From the IMG/VR virus record IMGVR_UViG_3300045988_138376: a stretch of DNA of 64,000 nt. One strand, 5' to 3'. Position numbers and translations under genes: made by a program. Source of the DNA: a virus. Below the pieces are notes generated by a model. The model had not been told where the DNA came from and ran no database searches. It was given only the letters and a program-made list of their open reading frames with translations. Positions 17,408 through 25,741 of this stretch are shown here, in pieces; positions within the stretch are counted from its first letter, which is position 1, and every line of letters starts with the position of its first letter.

Positions 17408-17795
17408 TATCAGAAACAAAGAGATAAAGATTCTCTTAAAGTTCTAAAGTAGTTCTTTCATTTACTTCCATACTGACAAACCTGTAAGACTGGTTACAGG
17501 TTCTATTTACTACCATTCAAATAAGCAACATTCATAAGCGTTATGTTATAATGTTATCATCGTATTTTTTCTTTTATTCTTCGATGTATAAAGAAGTATT
17601 TAGGCGTTATGTGTGTAGATATACTTGTTATATCTATGTGCTTGACTTTTTTTCGTTTCCTTTACGCTGTTTGGGTGGTGTTTCTGAATAAAAGAGAAGG
17701 TTGAGGAATAAAGGTAGTACTCAACCGCTTTAATGTAGTCTTCATACATTAGGAGCAATAAATATTAAATATAAACCCTTTAAGCATATAGAGTT

Positions 17796-18188
17796 ATGAA
17801 AACAATTGATTTGATTAAAAACATTGAGGAAAAAGGAATTATCACAGAAAAAGAAATTCTTCTTTTAAAGAGACGCGCCAACAACGGTGACAGCGACGCT
17901 GCTAACTTCTATCCTGGTTGTGATAGAATTATAGAGGTTACAGATGAACAAAGTGAAAAAGGATTTAAATGGCTGTATAACCTTTATAAAACTCCAATGG
18001 GAAAAGAAAGAAAAAACAATCCTTTCGGATATAGAGAGATGGACATTTTGGATAATTACAACGGTGAAAGATTTACATTTGTAGGTTTTTACGACGCAGG
18101 AAACCGATTTAATTCATACTATATTCCTATTTACGAATTAAACGGAATGGAGTATTATTATAACGGAGAAATTCACATAGTAGGATAA
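17796..18188 (+). CDS. hypothetical protein
   Basis: 130-aa ORF, the first gene of the rightward arm. Confidence 0.6.
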   Translation: MKTIDLIKNIEEKGIITEKEILLLKRRANNGDSDAANFYPGCDRIIEVTDEQSEKGFKWLYNLYKTPMGKERKNNPFGYREMDILDNYNGERFTFVGFYDAGNRFNSYYIPIYELNGMEYYYNGEIHIVG

Positions 18189-18335
18189 CTTTAAATATCA
18201 CAATGATGGAGGATAAAGATTTTTTTGGTAGTGCTATAATAACGGTTTGTATTATAGATGTTATTTTTACACTTTATTATATATTTCACTAATTGATAAA
18301 CGATTTGCAAACTTTTAAGAATAGGAGATTAAATT

Positions 18336-18599
18336 ATGAAAATGACTGATATAGAATTGTATTCTGCAAAATGTGATATTTACGGAAACCCTCGCGTAAT
18401 AGTGCATTTTCTCACATTTGTTAAACCTGATGAATCTAATTTGTCTATTGAGGAACAATATAGAATCGCACACAAAAGAGCAAAATATTTAGGATTTAGG
18501 AAATACAAAGGGAGGGATTTTGGCGGCGGTTTTGTGTGCCAATGTTGGAGCGGACCGCACCTTAAAAATAGTATTATAGAACTAATGAATAAAGCGTAA
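18336..18599 (+). CDS. hypothetical small protein
   Basis: 87-aa ORF with GGAGA upstream of the ATG. Confidence 0.55.
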   Translation: MKMTDIELYSAKCDIYGNPRVIVHFLTFVKPDESNLSIEEQYRIAHKRAKYLGFRKYKGRDFGGGFVCQCWSGPHLKNSIIELMNKA

Positions 18600-18616
18600 T
18601 AATAGGAGGATATAAT

Positions 18617-18793
18617 ATGACAACTTACATTTATAAAGGAGAAAAGATCAGTCATTCAAAGTTATTAATGCTTTTGCGTTCTGCACACGTTTTTGGTGGA
18701 AGCAAGCTATCACATTACGAGGCTTTAGTGCAAGCGGCTGAGAACGGGGACGAACGTGCGACAAACATTCTTAGGGACTTAGAAGTAAAGTAA
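18617..18793 (+). CDS. hypothetical small protein (58 aa, below the ORF-track cutoff)
   Basis: My hand translation gives MTTYIYKGEKISHSKLLMLLRSAHVFGGSKLSHYEALVQAAENGDERATNILRDLEVK. AGGAGGA lies 6 nt upstream of the ATG. Confidence 0.5.
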   Translation: MTTYIYKGEKISHSKLLMLLRSAHVFGGSKLSHYEALVQAAENGDERATNILRDLEVK

Positions 18794-18941
18794 TAAACTA
18801 ATAAAACCATTTTTTTAATAACATGAAACGTAGAAGAATAAATACTAAAACTTTTGTTTGTAGATGTGAAGGTTTGAATTTACATATACTTTCATTTAAT
18901 TTTAAGAAATAATAATTCAATAAACAATTAAAAACAAAATC

Positions 18942-19907
18942 ATGGAAAAGAAATTTGAACTAACAGAAAAGTATGTAGTAAACGAGTTTGGAACAAAGTT
19001 GTACCAAATCAAATGTACGAAGACGTTCGAGTATGCAAAAGAAGGAGAACTTGGAGGATATATCGAAAAAGAAGAAAACTTAAGTCAAGAAGGTAATGCG
19101 TGGGTGTCCGACACTGCGCGGGTATCCGACGATGCGCGGGTGTACGGCAATGCGCAGGTATTCGGCGATGCGAATGTATCCGGCAATGCGCGGGTATTCG
19201 GCACTGCATGGGTGTACGGCGATGCGTGGGTGTTCGGCAATGCATGGGTGTACGACAATGCGCGGGTATCCGACACTGCGCGGGTATCCGACGATGCGCG
19301 GGTATCCGGCGATGCGTGGGTATCCGGCAATGCGCGGGTATCCGACGATGCGCAGGTGTTCGGCAATGCGCAGGTATTCGACACTGCGCGAGTGTTCGGC
19401 AATGCGAATGTATCCGGCACTGCGCGAGTGTCCGACACTGCGCGGGTATCCGACGATGCGTGGGTGTTCGGCACTGCGCGGGTGTTAGGCAATGCGTGGG
19501 TATCCGACGATGCGCAGGTGTTCGGCTATGCGAATGTATCCGGCAATGCGCGAGTGTCCGACACTGCGCGGGTATCCGACGATGCGCGGGTGTACGGCAA
19601 TGCGCGGGTATCCGACGATGCGCGAGTGTTCGGCACTGCGCAGGTGTACGGCTATGCGCAGGTGTCCGACACTGCGCGGGTATCCGACGATGCGCAGGTG
19701 TTCGGCACTGCGCGAGTGTTCGACAATGCGCGGGTGTTAGGCACTGCGCGAGTGTTCGGCAATGCGTGGGTGTCCGACAATGCGTGGGTGTCCGACAATG
19801 CGCAGGTATCCGACGATGCGCGAGTATCCGGCACTGCGCGAGTGTTCGACACTGCGCGAGTGTTCGGCAATGCGCGGGTATCCGGCAATGCGTGGGTGTG
19901 CAAATAA
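18942..19907 (+). CDS. hexapeptide-repeat (predicted beta-helix) protein: 50-aa N-terminal domain plus 45 tandem [GD][NDT]A[RWQN]V[SFY] units
   Basis: 321-aa ORF. The period of 6 aa / 18 nt is read directly. The pattern (V at position i, small residue at i+4) resembles left-handed beta-helix hexapeptide repeats. Confidence 0.8.
   Translation: MEKKFELTEKYVVNEFGTKLYQIKCTKTFEYAKEGELGGYIEKEENLSQEGNAWVSDTARVSDDARVYGNAQVFGDANVSGNARVFGTAWVYGDAWVFGNAWVYDNARVSDTARVSDDARVSGDAWVSGNARVSDDAQVFGNAQVFDTARVFGNANVSGTARVSDTARVSDDAWVFGTARVLGNAWVSDDAQVFGYANVSGNARVSDTARVSDDARVYGNARVSDDARVFGTAQVYGYAQVSDTARVSDDAQVFGTARVFDNARVLGTARVFGNAWVSDNAWVSDNAQVSDDARVSGTARVFDTARVFGNARVSGNAWVCK
19092..19901. repeat. 45 x 18-bp tandem array (consensus about GGCAATGCGCGGGTATCC), GC-rich island
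   Basis: 810 bp equals 45 units with no interruption. The array is stop-free in several frames on both strands, which generates the overlapping artefact ORFs in the track. Confidence 0.95.
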
Positions 19908-19945
19908 TAAGGTCAAGTTGTAATAACTGTATAAACAATAAATCC

Positions 19946-20689
19946 ATGAAAGCAATATATTTAAGGTGCTCAACCGATAAACAAGATTTTGCACAACAAT
20001 TTGAATGTATAAGACAATATTTGAAGCGGATAAATGAATCATGTGATTTATACACTGTACAGGAAAAAATATCCGGTACAGTCAAGCACACAAAAAGAAA
20101 GTTGCATGAGTTATTAGAATCATGTGATAAAGGTTCTGTTATTTATGTCTCAGAATTATCTCGTTTGGGTAGAAGTATGTCGGATCTCTTTCAAATTGTT
20201 GGTTATGCCGGAGAAAAAGATATAACATTGATTCAATGCAAAGACGGTACTGTCATAGAAAACAAATCTATAGGCGGAAAAGCCTTATTATTTGCCTTAT
20301 CTTTAGCGGCTGAAATCGAGGTTGAGAACATAAGACAAAGAACAAAAGCCGGGCTTGCTGCAAAAAAAGCAAGAAACGAAGCAATAGGCGGAACGGATGA
20401 TCTTTGGGGGAAAAACACAGGAGCAGACAGGGAAACGTCCCTAAATGAAATAAGAAACGAATCTGCGAACAAAAGAAAAGAGAATGCAAAAGCAAATGCA
20501 AATAACGCGTTCTTTTGGACTTTTATAAATCAATGGATAAAAGATAAAGGAGAGCCTAAAAACTGCGAAGAATGGCAGGATATAGCGCAAAAACTCAATG
20601 CTTTGGGGCAAAAGACAGCTACAGGAATGCAGTATAATAACATTCGCGCGGCTGCAATGTATCGTAAATTAAAAAAATTAATGAAATGA
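19946..20689 (+). CDS. small serine recombinase (resolvase/invertase family)
   Basis: The true start is the ATG at 19946 (MKAIYLRCSTDKQ, containing the catalytic Ser motif). Other motifs are VSELSRLGRS and EIEVENIRQRTKAGL. The product is 247 aa (248 codons including the stop) with a helical C-terminus. The track ORF 19100..20689 is extended artefactually through the repeat. Confidence 0.85.
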   Translation: MKAIYLRCSTDKQDFAQQFECIRQYLKRINESCDLYTVQEKISGTVKHTKRKLHELLESCDKGSVIYVSELSRLGRSMSDLFQIVGYAGEKDITLIQCKDGTVIENKSIGGKALLFALSLAAEIEVENIRQRTKAGLAAKKARNEAIGGTDDLWGKNTGADRETSLNEIRNESANKRKENAKANANNAFFWTFINQWIKDKGEPKNCEEWQDIAQKLNALGQKTATGMQYNNIRAAAMYRKLKKLMK

Positions 20690-20991
20690 ACGAATTATCA
20701 AAATATACAGATAAAGAGTTGCGCCAAGAATTGTATAGGCGTAATAAAAAGAATAAAATAAGTGAAAAAGACAAAGATAAGTGCCTGAATTGTGTGCATA
20801 GAATATGCTATTCTAAAGCTATTAGACTTGAAAAAAAGCATTTGCTTTCATTTAAATTGGATCATTTTATGTATAAAGCTATTTGCTTGAAAAGACATGG
20901 AACTGAAAGCTGGGATAAAGATTATCATTTGTCAGTAAGCAATAATACAAAAGGTTGCGATTTATTTAAAAATAAAAAGAATTATGAATAA
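20686..20991 (+). CDS. hypothetical protein
   Basis: 101-aa ORF with an ATGA overlap with the recombinase stop. Confidence 0.55.
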   Translation: MNELSKYTDKELRQELYRRNKKNKISEKDKDKCLNCVHRICYSKAIRLEKKHLLSFKLDHFMYKAICLKRHGTESWDKDYHLSVSNNTKGCDLFKNKKNYE

Positions 20992-21199
20992 AGTAAATTT
21001 AGTGGAAAATTATTTTAGGATCAAATATCCCGAAAAAAGGTATCAAATCAAAACATATTATATCATAAAAGATATATTTGGCGTAAAAGAGAACAATCTC
21101 TATATAATAGAATTTATTGATACGCAAATGGGACATCCAAAAACACTTGAATTACAAGTAAAATCGAACGAATTAAATAAAGAAAGGAGCCAAAAATGA
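20984..21199 (+). CDS. hypothetical small protein
   Basis: 71-aa ORF, overlapping and co-oriented with its neighbours. Confidence 0.5.
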   Translation: MNKVNLVENYFRIKYPEKRYQIKTYYIIKDIFGVKENNLYIIEFIDTQMGHPKTLELQVKSNELNKERSQK

Positions 21200-21666
21200 A
21201 ATATATTACATACGCATTAATAACGGCTATCGGAATTATTACTATTAGTCTTATAGTTACCATTGATTATTTTAACGGAGTTAACAAAGATCTAACCAGT
21301 AGAATAGAAGCATTAGAGACTCAGATAGAGGAGAGCCGAATCTATAATATTAGATCAAATCATTTTCAAGCTAAAACAAATATTGCATTTGCGGTTAAAA
21401 TAAATAGGCTTGAAAGATGTAATATTGACAATATTGATTTGAACCAACTTTACAATATTGACGCGAGCAATGTTAATGGGTTTATAATGGTCAACGGAGA
21501 TATTTTGAATCCATTTAATGACGCCAATAATGCAGAGGAAGCCGCTGAGCTGTTTACAAAGGGAAGAATAGACTATACCAACAACTTTGCTATTGATGGT
21601 ATAGTAAATAAAAACAAAGCCCTTATAGAAGTTTATAAACCCGTTGTAGAAAACAACATAAATTAA
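21196..21666 (+). CDS. hypothetical membrane-anchored protein
   Basis: 156 aa with an N-terminal TM helix (ITYALITAIGIITISLIVTI). Confidence 0.6.
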   Translation: MKYITYALITAIGIITISLIVTIDYFNGVNKDLTSRIEALETQIEESRIYNIRSNHFQAKTNIAFAVKINRLERCNIDNIDLNQLYNIDASNVNGFIMVNGDILNPFNDANNAEEAAELFTKGRIDYTNNFAIDGIVNKNKALIEVYKPVVENNIN

Positions 21667-21757
21667 AAAATCATGGGAAGTATCTTATTTGGTGCATGCG
21701 TAATTATATGGTTAGCATGTTTTAGTGGGAAAAATTTAACGAGATAAGGAGGTTTAC

Positions 21758-22012
21758 ATGGCTAAAGTATATATAACAAAATATGCCTTATCTACAGGTA
21801 TAGAAAAAGTTGATACCGAATTATACAAATCTCCTATAGATAACAGATATTATACGCAAGTATATTATAATAGATATTATATTGGGTCAGAAGCTTTCAC
21901 TGTTGAATCACAAGCAATTGAAAAAGCTGAAGAAATGAGAGTTAAAAAGATTGCTTCTTTAAAAAAGCAGATCGAAAAGCTTGAAAAACTAAATTTTAAA
22001 AAGGAGGAGTAA
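21758..22012 (+). CDS. hypothetical small protein
   Basis: 84-aa ORF with AAGGAGG 5 nt upstream of the ATG. Confidence 0.55.
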   Translation: MAKVYITKYALSTGIEKVDTELYKSPIDNRYYTQVYYNRYYIGSEAFTVESQAIEKAEEMRVKKIASLKKQIEKLEKLNFKKEE

Positions 22013-22368
22013 TGGTAGACTATCAAATATTATTAAAGCTTACATCATTCAATAATGCTATTATTACAAGGGAAGAGATAAACGGAATAGAGGAAGAAGG
22101 AGTTTTTATTCCTCTTAAATATAATTCTATATTCCGTACCAGAGGCGGAGAGATAGCCGTAAATCTTTATGCTAAAGAGAAAAAACCAAATGCTTATGGT
22201 CAATCACATGTCATTTCTAACCAAATGAGTAAAAAGAAATATTTAGAATTGAAAGAACTTGGTTTTGAGACTGCTTTTATTGGTAATATGAAGATAGTTA
22301 GAAATGGCGGTTATAACTACCTAAAAACGCCCAACAAAGTTTCTTTGGATGAGGCATTGGAAAGATGA
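22012..22368 (+). CDS. hypothetical protein
   Basis: 118-aa ORF whose start overlaps the upstream stop. Confidence 0.55.
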   Translation: MVDYQILLKLTSFNNAIITREEINGIEEEGVFIPLKYNSIFRTRGGEIAVNLYAKEKKPNAYGQSHVISNQMSKKKYLELKELGFETAFIGNMKIVRNGGYNYLKTPNKVSLDEALER

Positions 22369-22384
22369 TAAAGAATAATTAGTT

Positions 22385-22708
22385 ATGAAAGAATGGATAA
22401 AGAATATTTGCGAGCAATTGGAATGTAGTGAGCAGCGTAAAAGGAAATTTATTCTTGAAATGTGCGATAAATATGTTGATCCAAAGTATAATAAACCTAT
22501 TGATACTACTAAAAAAAAGGAGGTTAATCAACTTTTGGGATCTGCTATTGAAATATTTCTTTTTGTTACATGGTTGCATGAGAGAGGATATATTAAAATA
22601 ACAAACAATGAATACATTGCAGTATCATCTATGATAGAGAATCGAAAGGGAGATCTTTATGTATGTCCTGAACTTATAAACGCTTTTAGGCTTGATGTTG
22701 GACTATAA
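22385..22708 (+). CDS. hypothetical protein
   Basis: 107-aa ORF. Confidence 0.55.
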   Translation: MKEWIKNICEQLECSEQRKRKFILEMCDKYVDPKYNKPIDTTKKKEVNQLLGSAIEIFLFVTWLHERGYIKITNNEYIAVSSMIENRKGDLYVCPELINAFRLDVGL

Positions 22709-22874
22709 AAATACTATTAATTCAAAAACGTTAATCATGGAAGAGGAAATAATTGAACTTAGAAAATTAATTTATGAAATTATTGAAACCTTGAACGGTA
22801 GAGATGACTCCGTAAAAGAATGGATTGAAGAAAGATTATCCAATATAGAAGATGAATTTAACTATCAAAATTAA
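22692..22874 (+). CDS. hypothetical small acidic protein
   Basis: 60-aa ORF that overlaps the upstream gene. Confidence 0.45.
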   Translation: MMLDYKNTINSKTLIMEEEIIELRKLIYEIIETLNGRDDSVKEWIEERLSNIEDEFNYQN

Positions 22875-22879
22875 CAGAA

Positions 22880-23398
22880 ATGGAAAAGAAAGAGCTTGGA
22901 GTAGGACAGTATGTATCAACGGGAACATTATTTGTTAAAAGTAGAATTAGTCCGGAGGTAACAAAGATGTCTTTAACAGATCACGCAAAAGCAGCCGTTT
23001 TAGAGTATCTAACAGAGAGTGACGAATTTCACAAACTGGTATGCGATATAACCGGAACTGAAAGAAAGCAGGTGAAAGTCTCCCAGGAACTTGAAAAGCT
23101 GAAAGAGGACTATTCGTATGTATGTGATAGATATAAGAAGGAACAACAGAAAAGCAATTATTTGCTTAACAAATGGAGGAAAGAAGCGGCAAGGAGATTG
23201 GAAGCTGAAAAAGAAAGAGATAATGCGGAAAGACATCATAAGTTTATAGTTGATGAAATTTTCTCAATGCTGAAAGAAGTTGAATGTAGCTCTGTGAGAG
23301 GTATTGTAGATGAATTGAAGTCTGAGAGAGCAAACGGAAAATTGTTGGCGGAGGAAAACGAGATGTGCAGACGGGAGAATGACAAACAAAGAACTTGA
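22880..23398 (+). CDS. hypothetical coiled-coil protein
   Basis: 172-aa ORF. Confidence 0.6.
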   Translation: MEKKELGVGQYVSTGTLFVKSRISPEVTKMSLTDHAKAAVLEYLTESDEFHKLVCDITGTERKQVKVSQELEKLKEDYSYVCDRYKKEQQKSNYLLNKWRKEAARRLEAEKERDNAERHHKFIVDEIFSMLKEVECSSVRGIVDELKSERANGKLLAEENEMCRRENDKQRT

Positions 23399-23693
23399 AG
23401 CGCAGAAAGATTTAGTTAAAAAGTATGTGGCTAAATCTGAGAAAATGCGTAGATTATCTATATCAGGCAAAGGTACGTTTGTTCCGGAAGAAGGAGAAAT
23501 ATTTTTAGCGGAAGTACCAAATAAGGGGATAGATCGAAAAGTGAAAGCACTGGTATCGAAAGATAGGGAAGCATGTGAGAAGTGCTGTTTTTGTGATGGT
23601 GAATTAGGCTTTTTGTGTTGGGGAGTACGTTGCACAACAATAGACGATGAAACACAACTAACATTTAGGAGGGTATCAGATGGGAAAATTTAA
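23379..23693 (+). CDS. Cys-rich small protein, paralog family member A (CxxC..C..C module)
   Basis: 104 aa. GEIFLAEVP... is followed by EACEKCCFCDGELGFLCWGVRC. Confidence 0.6.
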   Translation: MTNKELEAQKDLVKKYVAKSEKMRRLSISGKGTFVPEEGEIFLAEVPNKGIDRKVKALVSKDREACEKCCFCDGELGFLCWGVRCTTIDDETQLTFRRVSDGKI

Positions 23694-23898
23694 AAGCGTA
23701 GAACTATATGATACCTTCACAATAGATCACCCAGTGACAGGGGAAACGATAAGAGTGCAAGCAATGGAAGGTAACAATGTAATATCATGCAGGGAATGCC
23801 TATTCCGGCAAAAGGAGTTTAAAAAGATATGCCCGCTTATGCGATGTGTCGATATGGCTACGGGAAAGTGTCAAACCTATAAACAAGTGAAGTTATGA
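23680..23898 (+). CDS. Cys-rich small protein, paralog family member B
   Basis: 72 aa. GETIRVQAMEGNNVISCRECLFRQKEFKKICPLMRC. Confidence 0.6.
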   Translation: MGKFKSVELYDTFTIDHPVTGETIRVQAMEGNNVISCRECLFRQKEFKKICPLMRCVDMATGKCQTYKQVKL

Positions 23899-24425
23899 AA
23901 AGATTAGATTTATCATGCCTGCCGTTATACTTAGAGGTAGGTGAAAAGATGGAGTTAATAGATAAAGACGGTAAGTATCACTTATTGCAATGTGTTCCGT
24001 CAAAAAATAGTTCATGCGAGGGGTGTTTCTTTATTGATGCAAAAACTCCGTTTAGCTGTGATTATGTTATGTGTTCTTCACTGGAAAGATATAATAAAAG
24101 AGATGATGTGATATGTGCGGAACTTCCGGTAGAGAATGAATTTAAGCAAGACGAAGAAAACGAAATGAAAACGCTGACATTTGAAGATCTATCAGGAACG
24201 AAAACAATAAAAGAGGGAGAAATATTCATCTACGTAGACTGTTTAGACGTACAGCACAAAATAATAGCTAAGAAAGCGGAATCATCAAGCAGTTCGGTGA
24301 GATGCAGAAGGTGCGTATTTAACAATGATGCGTGTCGCTTTGTGTGTTGTTTAAATTCAGATAGGGAAAGCAAAGATGATGTTTCTTACGAGGAATTATC
24401 ATTTGAAGAACCATTTAAGCCCTAA
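23895..24425 (+). CDS. Cys-rich protein with two copies of the same module
   Basis: 176 aa. Module 1 is GEKMELID...SSCEGCFFIDAKTPFSCDYVMC. Module 2 is GEIFIYVD...VRCRRCVFNNDACRFVCC. Confidence 0.65.
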   Translation: MKRLDLSCLPLYLEVGEKMELIDKDGKYHLLQCVPSKNSSCEGCFFIDAKTPFSCDYVMCSSLERYNKRDDVICAELPVENEFKQDEENEMKTLTFEDLSGTKTIKEGEIFIYVDCLDVQHKIIAKKAESSSSSVRCRRCVFNNDACRFVCCLNSDRESKDDVSYEELSFEEPFKP

Positions 24426-24429
24426 TATA

Positions 24430-24615
24430 ATGAAACCGTATATAATAACTGAACTTCGTTTGATAACATACGATGGGAAAGAAATACCTGTCGAATTAAT
24501 TGAAAGAAAAATCTTGACCGAACCACCTCGATTGATAAAAGAGAGGATTCTGGAAGCCTTCAAGACGATGAAAGACACACCAGTTGATGTCAAGATGAAA
24601 ATAAAATTGGTTTAA
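24430..24615 (+). CDS. hypothetical small protein (start moved to the ATG at 24430)
   Basis: The 61-aa product MKPYIITELRL... starts just after the upstream stop. The longer track ORF would overlap the previous gene by 50 nt. Confidence 0.5.
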   Translation: MKPYIITELRLITYDGKEIPVELIERKILTEPPRLIKERILEAFKTMKDTPVDVKMKIKLV

Positions 24616-24629
24616 TTTAAATTACTTAT

Positions 24630-24995
24630 ATGATAGCAAAATATAATGGGATTGTCTATAAAGACAACGAGCTACAACTATTTTCCACAGGAGCAATTTT
24701 TGTGAAACCTTTAAAGAGGGCTTTTTGGGATTATGAATTTGAATTTGTAAAACATGATTGCCCAATTGACTTAAATGACACAGTATCTGTAATATTAACA
24801 AAATGGGGTGCAACATATCTTAATGCAAGGAATATGTATAAGAATGAAACTGATACAGTGAAACCAATTTATAAGGTTGACTATAAAGAAGGTGATGTTT
24901 ACGAAGGACAGCTTTGGCAACTTATATTAGACTTTAAAGACGGCTTTAGATTTGATAAAGAAAAAGTATTTAAAAAATTAACAAAGGTACGTTAA
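24630..24995 (+). CDS. hypothetical protein
   Basis: 121-aa ORF. Confidence 0.55.
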   Translation: MIAKYNGIVYKDNELQLFSTGAIFVKPLKRAFWDYEFEFVKHDCPIDLNDTVSVILTKWGATYLNARNMYKNETDTVKPIYKVDYKEGDVYEGQLWQLILDFKDGFRFDKEKVFKKLTKVR

Positions 24996-25013
24996 ACCAA
25001 ATAAAAAAAAACT

Positions 25014-25430
25014 ATGGGATTTACAACGCCATGTTTTATTAGAAAAAATACGGAAGAACTTCAGAAGAAGTTAGAGCAACTGGGATATACCTTAATTCCC
25101 AATGGATACGGTGTATGGAACATTCCTATCAAAGACTGCACCTATTTATTTTGTGGTGTTGACGTTTATCAAGGAACAACCATCCCTTTTTATATGGGGC
25201 GCATGTGTAAGCCTTGCGCTTATTATTGTGAAAAGAACGAAACGCTATTTTTGGCTATAGCTGCATTAAGGGACGATAACAATTACATGCAATGGTTTAC
25301 TGATGGGAGTCATTGGTATCAAAACAAAATTGCTGACAGAGAAGTTGAACGTTTTGGAGCAGGAGATCCGATCGGATATCACAAGGCTACGGTAGAAGAG
25401 CTTATTAATCATTTTAACAATAAACGTTAA
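25014..25430 (+). CDS. hypothetical protein
   Basis: 138-aa ORF. Confidence 0.6.
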   Translation: MGFTTPCFIRKNTEELQKKLEQLGYTLIPNGYGVWNIPIKDCTYLFCGVDVYQGTTIPFYMGRMCKPCAYYCEKNETLFLAIAALRDDNNYMQWFTDGSHWYQNKIADREVERFGAGDPIGYHKATVEELINHFNNKR

Positions 25431-25475
25431 ATATCAAACAATGCTTTGATAATTCAAAAAGAATGCGGATATTTG

Positions 25476-25655
25476 CTGATGTATTCTGAAATGTGGCAAT
25501 GGATGATATATGATTAAATAGCTTTTTTAGATTAAATTGTTTTGTAGATTATATAACCGTATGTTAGCAATTGCCACCGTTGTGTTTATACAACGTCTGT
25601 TAACGCGGTAACGATAAAGCCGTACTGATAGAGTTTCAGATACGGCTTTATTGTT
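25476..25655 (+). ncRNA. candidate ~170-nt structured intergenic RNA
   Basis: A near-consensus -7 box GATATTTG lies at 25468-25475. The structure has a long-range helix GTGGCAAT/ATTGCCAC (25493-25500 with 25570-25577), hairpin CGTTG/CAACG (25578-25595), and a terminal 13-bp bulged hairpin at 25616-25649. No ORF is present. Confidence 0.35.
25616..25649 (+). terminator. strong hairpin AAAGCCGTACTGA...TCAGATACGGCTTT (terminator-like, weak U tract)
   Basis: Read directly from the sequence. It is flanked by an A-run upstream and ATTGTT downstream. Confidence 0.4.
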
Positions 25656-25741
25656 CTAAACGGCAAAAGGTTCATTATCTCCACACCTTGAACATTGTAA
25701 TTCAATATTAAAAATAGAATAAACTCAACAACAACATAACA

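Noticed and set aside
19092-19901. CRISPR array or diversity-generating retroelement (DGR) variable region as an explanation for the periodic repeats.
   Set aside because: The units are contiguous with no unique spacers, so this is not a CRISPR array. No reverse transcriptase or template repeat is present in the window. Position-2 codons (AAT/GAT/ACT/TAT) differ at adenines, but the other variable positions (CGG/TGG/CAG, TCC/TTC/TAC, GGC/GAC) do not follow adenine-specific mutagenesis.
19009-20091. Long antisense and alternative-frame ORFs across the 18-bp repeat array (19009..20091 -, 19085..19492 -, 19096..19488 +, 19492..19740 +, 19652..19903 -, 19737..20042 -, and the 5' part of 19100..20689 +).
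   Set aside because: They stay open only because the repeat composition excludes stop codons. They translate to monotonous Arg/Cys/His/Pro strings. The frame beginning at 18942 has a unique N-terminal domain and a clean start. The recombinase has its own ATG at 19946 with the catalytic motif at its N-terminus.
25669-25681. Shared 13-mer GTTCATTATCTCC at 25669 and 43487 as evidence that the two long intergenic regions are homologous.
   Set aside because: Dozens of 13-mer coincidences are expected by chance within an AT-rich 64-kb sequence. The flanking sequence does not align.
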